A DNA stretch of 32,000 nucleotides, from NCBI GenBank assembly GCA_965228545.1, contig OZ245822.1, forward strand, positions 3,162,795 to 3,194,794, read 5' to 3'. Position 1 is the first letter of the stretch; the number at the start of each line of letters is the position of its first letter. The DNA comes from Balneolaceae bacterium (lineage in GTDB: Bacteria; Bacteroidota; Rhodothermia; Balneolales; Balneolaceae). Made by a program: the position numbers and the translations under genes. This document shows positions 27,227 through 32,000 of the stretch, in pieces. The notes beneath the pieces were generated by a model. It did no database searches, was not told the origin of the DNA, and saw only the letters and a list, made by a program, of their open reading frames with translations.

Positions 27227-27919
27227 GTGATTAAACGCGAATATGGCGGTAATTCTGATTTACAGGAAGAACATGTTGAGGACCAAGAATGGTTGCTCAC
27301 TTACAGTGATATGATCACTTTGTTGCTTGCTTTTTTTGCCATGCTTATTGCCGTTTCGTATGTAGATCTAAACCTTTGGGAGCAAATGAAGCAAGGCCTG
27401 CGATCGGAAATATCGAAAGAAGAAAACGTTCGTACTCCGCTTGCTGAGGTTAAAGCTGATTTGGACTCTTTATTGGCAGAAGAAAAATCACAAGGTTTGG
27501 TAGACATAATATTAGACCGTGATGGGATCAAACTTTTCTTTTCCAGTAGTTCATTTTATCAATCAGGAGAAGCTCAATTATTACCAACAGGCCAGAGAAT
27601 CATCGACAAAGTTACACAGGCAATGAATGCCCTTGATTTCTACAAGTTTAATGTGGATGTAGAAGGACATACCGACAACGTACCTATAAATACGCCCGTT
27701 TATCCATCCAATTGGGAATTGTCGGTAGCGCGAGCCTCTGGGGTAGTTAAATATTTTATCGAAGAAGGAATTGAAGCCGAGCGGCTTAAAGCCTCTGGGT
27801 ATGCAGATACAAAACCGGTAGTACCCCATGTAGATGAACAAGGCAGGAATATTGTTGAAAACAGAGCCCTGAATAGGAGAATTGTGGTACGTATTTATTA
27901 TCAATTGGCATCGAACTAA
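27227..27919 (+). CDS. MotB/OmpA-family stator subunit with peptidoglycan-binding domain
   Basis: A GTG start follows GGAGG. The TM is EWLLTYSDMITLLLAFFAML with the conserved Asp (Asp28, nt 27308-27310). The OmpA-like domain is VEGHTDNVP...SNWELSVARASGVVKYF...GYADTKPV...NRALNRRIVV. Confidence 0.85.
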   Translation: MIKREYGGNSDLQEEHVEDQEWLLTYSDMITLLLAFFAMLIAVSYVDLNLWEQMKQGLRSEISKEENVRTPLAEVKADLDSLLAEEKSQGLVDIILDRDGIKLFFSSSSFYQSGEAQLLPTGQRIIDKVTQAMNALDFYKFNVDVEGHTDNVPINTPVYPSNWELSVARASGVVKYFIEEGIEAERLKASGYADTKPVVPHVDEQGRNIVENRALNRRIVVRIYYQLASN

Positions 27920-27964
27920 TTTTTTAGGCACTAATCCGTCAGTGCTTCAGTTATTGAAGCTAAA

Positions 27965-30889
27965 ATGCCTATGAAAAAACTTTTACTATCTCTTTCGCTA
28001 CTCTTTTTCGGGAATTATCAAGTACATGCTCAGGCTATTTCCGATTCCATGGCAGTGCTACCCTCTAAAGCAATTCATCAAACAGATATATTAAGAGCTT
28101 TATCCGGTCTTTCACCCGGGCTTAAAATTACATCTACCGGCGGAGTTTCAGGTACAGGTACAAATGCAGTACTTCGAGGTTATTCCAGCTTAAATGCGCC
28201 TAGCGATCCCTTAATTATAGTAGACGGTATTCGTTTTAATGGAGCAAACAATCATAACAGCACCGCATTTAACGGCGGCGGAGCTCTGGTGACACCAAGC
28301 CGATCTTTCGATCTACATCCCTCCGAAATACTTTCTGTAAACGTTTTAAGCTCACTTCAGGGAACGTTGATTTACGGTGAAGAGGCTACAAATGGAGTTA
28401 TTGAAATTACTACTCGAAGAAACCCCATCGATTTAGCCGACGAAGGGTATGAAATAACGATCGATCAAAGTGTATACTCTTCAAGTATCTCGAGCCGGCC
28501 GGAATACCAAAATGAATATGGTATGGGTTTTAACGGGCAATATGGGCCTTTTTTTAGCTCTTGGGGGGCATCCTTCGGCAGTCAGAACCCGGCAGAGTTT
28601 CCATCAAATTTTAATGGCTTAGATGATGATGGCACAGTACTGGTAGATCATCCTTATGGGTTTTATAATTTTGCAACCGATGGGGCTCCCGATTATGCGA
28701 CAGAAGTTTATCGCTTTGAAGCTAGAGAATCAGCTACCGATGCCTACTTTAGAAATGGGGTAGGTTCACGCTCATTTATAGATCTTAACTATCGAAAAGG
28801 CAGAACCAATTGGAGTTTTAATTATGCCGGAAATCGAGAAGATGGGTTTACACCAAACAACTCGATATTGAAAAATAGCTTTGGCGCTTCAGCAAGCTAT
28901 CGGCTTATCGACAAAGTGCAAGGTAGCACCAGTGTTCAATTTTTATTTTCTGATGTGAAAATGCCTCCACAATCTGCTGGGAGTGGAAGTGGTGTAGTTG
29001 AAGGCGGGGCAACTTCTGGAGCTTTTACTTATGTGCTGTTCACGCCAAGATCAATCGATCTGTCGCTTCCAAGTGTTAATCCTGATAACGATGGATTTAC
29101 TTATTATCGACCGGATATAATACATCCCAAATGGTTTGCAAATAATGCATCAACCACCAACGAAACCAATCGAATTTTAGGTAAAACCTCCCTTACTTTT
29201 AATCCTTCCGATCAATTTGAGTTTACATACAGATATAGTTTCGATAGTTACGATGAAAATCAGGAGTACAAACTCAATCCAACGGGTACATTTAATTTCC
29301 CTTATGTGTTAGGATTGTTTCAAACCATAGAGTTAAATCGAACGTTGCTCGACAATTTTGCACTAGCAACTTATCGCCCGAATATAAGTGATCGATTAAC
29401 TGCTAACATCGATTTGGGCAGCCATTATATCAGCGAAAACATCAATGAAAAAGGTTTGGAAAGCACAGACATTAGAACGGTTGGTGTTTTCGAACACGAA
29501 AATTTTCGAGTACAAAGCAATACCAATTCTTTTACCGATGAATTGATGGAGCGAGAATTCGAGCGAAGGTCCTTTGGTGCTTTTGGTGCCTTAAATCTAC
29601 TCTTCGATGAGTGGATATACACAAAGGCGGGATTTAGAAAGCAATGGAATCAATCCTTGCATCAGCAAAATTTAAAGGCCACCTATCCATCTTTTACGGT
29701 AGGAATAATTCCAACAAATCTGCTCGAAAACAACCAGTTGTTAAGTTCTTTCGATCTCTCATTTTCGTATTTAACCTCCGGCAGATCCAGATTAACGGAA
29801 TTAGAAATACTGGTTCAGGATCGGCCTAGTGTTGGGGTAAATGAAGAGTTGAAGCCCGAACGATCAATCGAAAAACAGCTGGCTGCCACAATAGGCTTTT
29901 TCAATAATAGAATTTCATTATCAAGTAAATACTATCATCGCATTCATACCGATTTGATTTCCAGAATCGCAGTTAACCCAACTCAAGGCTTTGGCTCAAT
30001 ACTAGATAATTTACTAGAAATGGAGGTTAAAGGAGTAGACGCACAAGCGCGTATTGTTCCATTGCAAGGAAAAGTAAACTGGGCGATAATTTCTAATTTT
30101 AGCACATCTAAAGCCGAAGTGAAAGAATACACCGGAACCTTTAATGCCATTCAATTGGGAAATAGTCAATCGTTTAGAGGGAATCTTGCACAAGTAAACG
30201 AACCCTTTTTAAGCATGTATGGTAGTACAATTCTGCGTGTAACAAGCGATATACAAAGAGCTGATCCAAACATGAGAAATGTACCGATAGGAACCCCGAT
30301 TATCGATAACAATGGAAATTATATCACTGATCAAAATTCGATAATAGGAAATCCAATTCCAGATTGGAACCTCTCCACACTCCAACAGATCGATTACAAG
30401 AATATCACCTTATCTATTCAAATTGACTACCAAAAAGGTGGCGATATGTACAGTAGTTGGATTAGTTCGCTGATAGGCCGAGGGTTAGTAACTTCAACAT
30501 TGAATAGGGAAGAGACGTTTATTATTGAGGGTGTGCAGTTTGATGGAACGCCTAACGATATCGAGATTAGCAAACAACAGTATTATTTCAATAACCTCGG
30601 GTTTGGCCCAGACGAACTAAGAGTTTACGACATGACGCACCTGCGTATTTCACATATTGGTTTTGCTTATCAAGTTCCACAACAATGGATTATGAAAACC
30701 GGATTGAAAGAGGTAATTATTTCCTTCTCGGTAGAAAATGCCTTTCTGAAAATGTACAATATTCCAGAAGGTACTGGATTTGATCCGAATGTAAATTCGA
30801 ATGGGGCAGGACTTAACAATTTGGGTTTTGAATACTTAACCGGTCCGGGGGTTCGCAGATTTGGGGGTTCGATTCGGGTGAGCATATAA
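27965..30889 (+). CDS. SusC/RagA-like TonB-linked outer-membrane transporter with no SusD partner
   Basis: The signal ends VHAQ. The plug motifs are ILRALSGLSPGLKITSTGGVSGTGTNAVLRGYSSL, DPLIIVDGIRF and EEATNGVIEITTRR. It is ~970 aa with a C-terminal beta-strand GGSIRVSI. No SusD-like gene follows. Confidence 0.8.
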   Translation: MPMKKLLLSLSLLFFGNYQVHAQAISDSMAVLPSKAIHQTDILRALSGLSPGLKITSTGGVSGTGTNAVLRGYSSLNAPSDPLIIVDGIRFNGANNHNSTAFNGGGALVTPSRSFDLHPSEILSVNVLSSLQGTLIYGEEATNGVIEITTRRNPIDLADEGYEITIDQSVYSSSISSRPEYQNEYGMGFNGQYGPFFSSWGASFGSQNPAEFPSNFNGLDDDGTVLVDHPYGFYNFATDGAPDYATEVYRFEARESATDAYFRNGVGSRSFIDLNYRKGRTNWSFNYAGNREDGFTPNNSILKNSFGASASYRLIDKVQGSTSVQFLFSDVKMPPQSAGSGSGVVEGGATSGAFTYVLFTPRSIDLSLPSVNPDNDGFTYYRPDIIHPKWFANNASTTNETNRILGKTSLTFNPSDQFEFTYRYSFDSYDENQEYKLNPTGTFNFPYVLGLFQTIELNRTLLDNFALATYRPNISDRLTANIDLGSHYISENINEKGLESTDIRTVGVFEHENFRVQSNTNSFTDELMEREFERRSFGAFGALNLLFDEWIYTKAGFRKQWNQSLHQQNLKATYPSFTVGIIPTNLLENNQLLSSFDLSFSYLTSGRSRLTELEILVQDRPSVGVNEELKPERSIEKQLAATIGFFNNRISLSSKYYHRIHTDLISRIAVNPTQGFGSILDNLLEMEVKGVDAQARIVPLQGKVNWAIISNFSTSKAEVKEYTGTFNAIQLGNSQSFRGNLAQVNEPFLSMYGSTILRVTSDIQRADPNMRNVPIGTPIIDNNGNYITDQNSIIGNPIPDWNLSTLQQIDYKNITLSIQIDYQKGGDMYSSWISSLIGRGLVTSTLNREETFIIEGVQFDGTPNDIEISKQQYYFNNLGFGPDELRVYDMTHLRISHIGFAYQVPQQWIMKTGLKEVIISFSVENAFLKMYNIPEGTGFDPNVNSNGAGLNNLGFEYLTGPGVRRFGGSIRVSI

Positions 30890-30975
30890 TTGGCACGTAT
30901 CTTGTACTTAAGATCTCAGAATTCGACCGATAAATTAGAGGTACGGTAGAAGAACCAAATTTATGAGAGGGCCAG

Positions 30976-31134
30976 ATGATGGAAAGAGATATTCGAAATA
31001 TTATGATGCAGTTGGAAATGCTGTTGGAGGAGTATCCTGAAGCAAAATTCTACATTTATAATGGAATTAGAAGCATGGTTTCAGATTTACTTAACTCGGT
31101 GGATTGCATCGACGACCTTCGCGAAGAGTCGTAA
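30976..31134 (+). CDS. Possible small protein (52 aa), hypothetical
   Basis: This ORF is below the track cutoff and was translated by hand: MMERDIRNIMMQLEMLLEEYPEAKFYIYNGIRSMVSDLLNSVDCIDDLREES. A purine-rich GAGAGGG lies upstream. A hairpin (31168-31195) and a strong terminator follow. Confidence 0.3.
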   Translation: MMERDIRNIMMQLEMLLEEYPEAKFYIYNGIRSMVSDLLNSVDCIDDLREES

Positions 31135-31212
31135 CAAAGTTATTATTAGGAACCCCTGATACCCCCTCGGCTCGCTTTTTTGATTGTGCGAGCCGTATTG
31201 ATAGATGACCCC

Positions 31213-31248
31213 AAAAGCCTCACTGGAAAGTGAGGCTTTTTCTTTTTT
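31213..31248 (+). terminator. Rho-independent terminator
   Basis: AGCCTCAC (31216-31223) and GTGAGGCT (31230-31237) form a perfect 8-bp stem with a 6-nt loop. TTTTCTTTTTT follows, and an upstream A-run could extend the stem. Confidence 0.85.
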
Positions 31249-31326
31249 ATTCATGCCATGCTTTTTATGTAATTGGGATTGAATATGCAATTTGATTTGG
31301 TGATCATATTCCAATCAATCCAAGTC

Positions 31327-31839
31327 ATGTCAGATATTCCAAACATAGAAATACTACTCTCAAAGTATGTTAAGCCCGAAGCCGATCGTGTGCTAAAAAA
31401 GTATCCGGCTTTAATCGAACAAATTGTCCCCCTTTGCTTAACCGACAAAGCACCTATGTGCTGGCGTGCAGCTTGGGTGGTACGCTCGGCGATGGACGAA
31501 GACGATAAAAGAGTTAAGCCGTACATCGATGAAATACTTGGCGTTCTACCCGATAAAAGTGATGGCCACCAACGCGAGTTGATGAAATTACTGCAACGCA
31601 TGAAGCTTACCGATGATCAGGAAGGGATGTTATACGACATTAGCGTATCTATCTGGGAATCGGTGCGAAAGAAACCATCGGTTCGATATATCGCATTCGA
31701 ACATATTATTACTATGGTTCGCAAATACCCTGAATTGAAACAAGAGTTGGAAGCCATCACTCAACCACAGCACGTAAATACGCTAAGTGCCGGAATAAAA
31801 GCCGCAGTAATAAAACAATTATCTACGTTTAAGGGCTAA
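31327..31839 (+). CDS. Hypothetical alpha-helical (HEAT/ARM-like) protein
   Basis: The ORF is open from 31273 (TTG). ATG options are 31285 and 31327. I prefer 31327 (MSDIPNIE...) because the preceding residues are hydrophobic junk just after a terminator. I recognise no family confidently. Confidence 0.5.
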   Translation: MSDIPNIEILLSKYVKPEADRVLKKYPALIEQIVPLCLTDKAPMCWRAAWVVRSAMDEDDKRVKPYIDEILGVLPDKSDGHQRELMKLLQRMKLTDDQEGMLYDISVSIWESVRKKPSVRYIAFEHIITMVRKYPELKQELEAITQPQHVNTLSAGIKAAVIKQLSTFKG

Positions 31840-31911
31840 ACCTTTGCCGAATTAGAGGCTCTAGCATCAATTGCGATCTGGGCGTCTTTTTCAAAAAACG
31901 GGGCTTTCCTT

Positions 31912-32000
31912 TTAAATCTCTTCCTGCCATATTCCAACGCGCTTAATTAATCGGGTTTTTATGATATTATCTTCCATCGATTGGGGGATCATCCTTCTAT
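31912..32000 (-). CDS. Possible 3' end of a minus-strand gene continuing beyond the window
   Basis: The reverse-strand frame is open from the window edge to TAA (complement of 31912-31914), giving ...RRMIPQSMEDNIIKTRLIKRVGIWQEEI*. It is too short to identify. Confidence 0.25.
   Translation of the reverse strand, partial: RRMIPQSMEDNIIKTRLIKRVGIWQEEI

Noticed and set aside
26394-27919. The MotA/MotB-like pair could be ExbB/ExbD, TolQ/TolR or Zorya ZorA/ZorB.
   Set aside because: ExbD/TolR-type partners are ~140 aa and lack an OmpA peptidoglycan-binding domain, whereas this partner has the MotB-type TM Asp plus an OmpA domain. ZorA is far longer with an extended C-terminal tail. No ZorC/ZorD-like, TolA/TolB/Pal or TonB genes are adjacent.
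22873-27919. The locus could be an ordinary fragment of a flagellar gene cluster.
   Set aside because: No fliM/N, fliH/I/J, flhA/B, fliPQR, flg rod/hook or flagellin genes lie within 32 kb. FliF and FliG features are fused in one short protein. The interleaved genes are an OM barrel and a TPR lipoprotein, which are not part of canonical fli/mot operons. This cannot be fully excluded without the whole genome.
1-32000. Mobile elements, prophage or a defence island.
   Set aside because: No transposase, integrase, recombinase, tRNA attachment site, restriction/modification, toxin-antitoxin or cas-like translation was seen in any frame. The only insertion-like signature is the 11-bp direct-repeat pair at 11750/11880, which is reported separately.

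Overview
This is a dense, mostly plus-strand chromosomal segment. Its protein-family content points to the FCB superphylum (Bacteroidota or Balneolota/Rhodothermota-like). The evidence is a T9SS C-terminal sorting domain, a PorV/PorQ-like barrel, a SusC/RagA-like transporter and one Bacteroidetes-type TAnnTTTG -7 box. All homology calls come from reading motifs in the supplied translations by eye; no searches were run.

Contents, left to right:
- 1-9.6 kb: an outer-membrane/surface operon. It encodes a T9SS cargo protein, a lipoprotein, a TonB-dependent receptor, a PorV-like barrel, an NHL lipoprotein and an NPP-type phosphodiesterase. Three of the genes are translationally coupled.
- 9.7-16.4 kb: housekeeping genes. 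These are a 7Fe ferredoxin, folP, cdaA, a single-chain methylmalonyl-CoA mutase, meaB and a short/branched-chain acyl-CoA dehydrogenase.
- 16.4-22.6 kb: an FGE-domain lipoprotein, a PAS protein whose first domain is LOV-like but lacks the photoactive Cys, sufE, a hybrid histidine kinase, a GNAT acetyltransferase and a YCII/ECF42-type sigma pair.
- 22.9-27.9 kb: the most interesting locus. It is a tight 5-gene operon encoding a membrane-tethered FliF-C/FliG fusion, a probable OM beta-barrel, a TPR lipoprotein and a complete MotA/MotB-type stator. No other flagellar genes are nearby. An orphan SusC-like transporter follows immediately.

I read the 22.9-27.9 kb operon as a candidate non-flagellar, PMF-driven rotor-stator envelope machine.

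No rRNA, tRNA, CRISPR array, transposase or integrase was seen.
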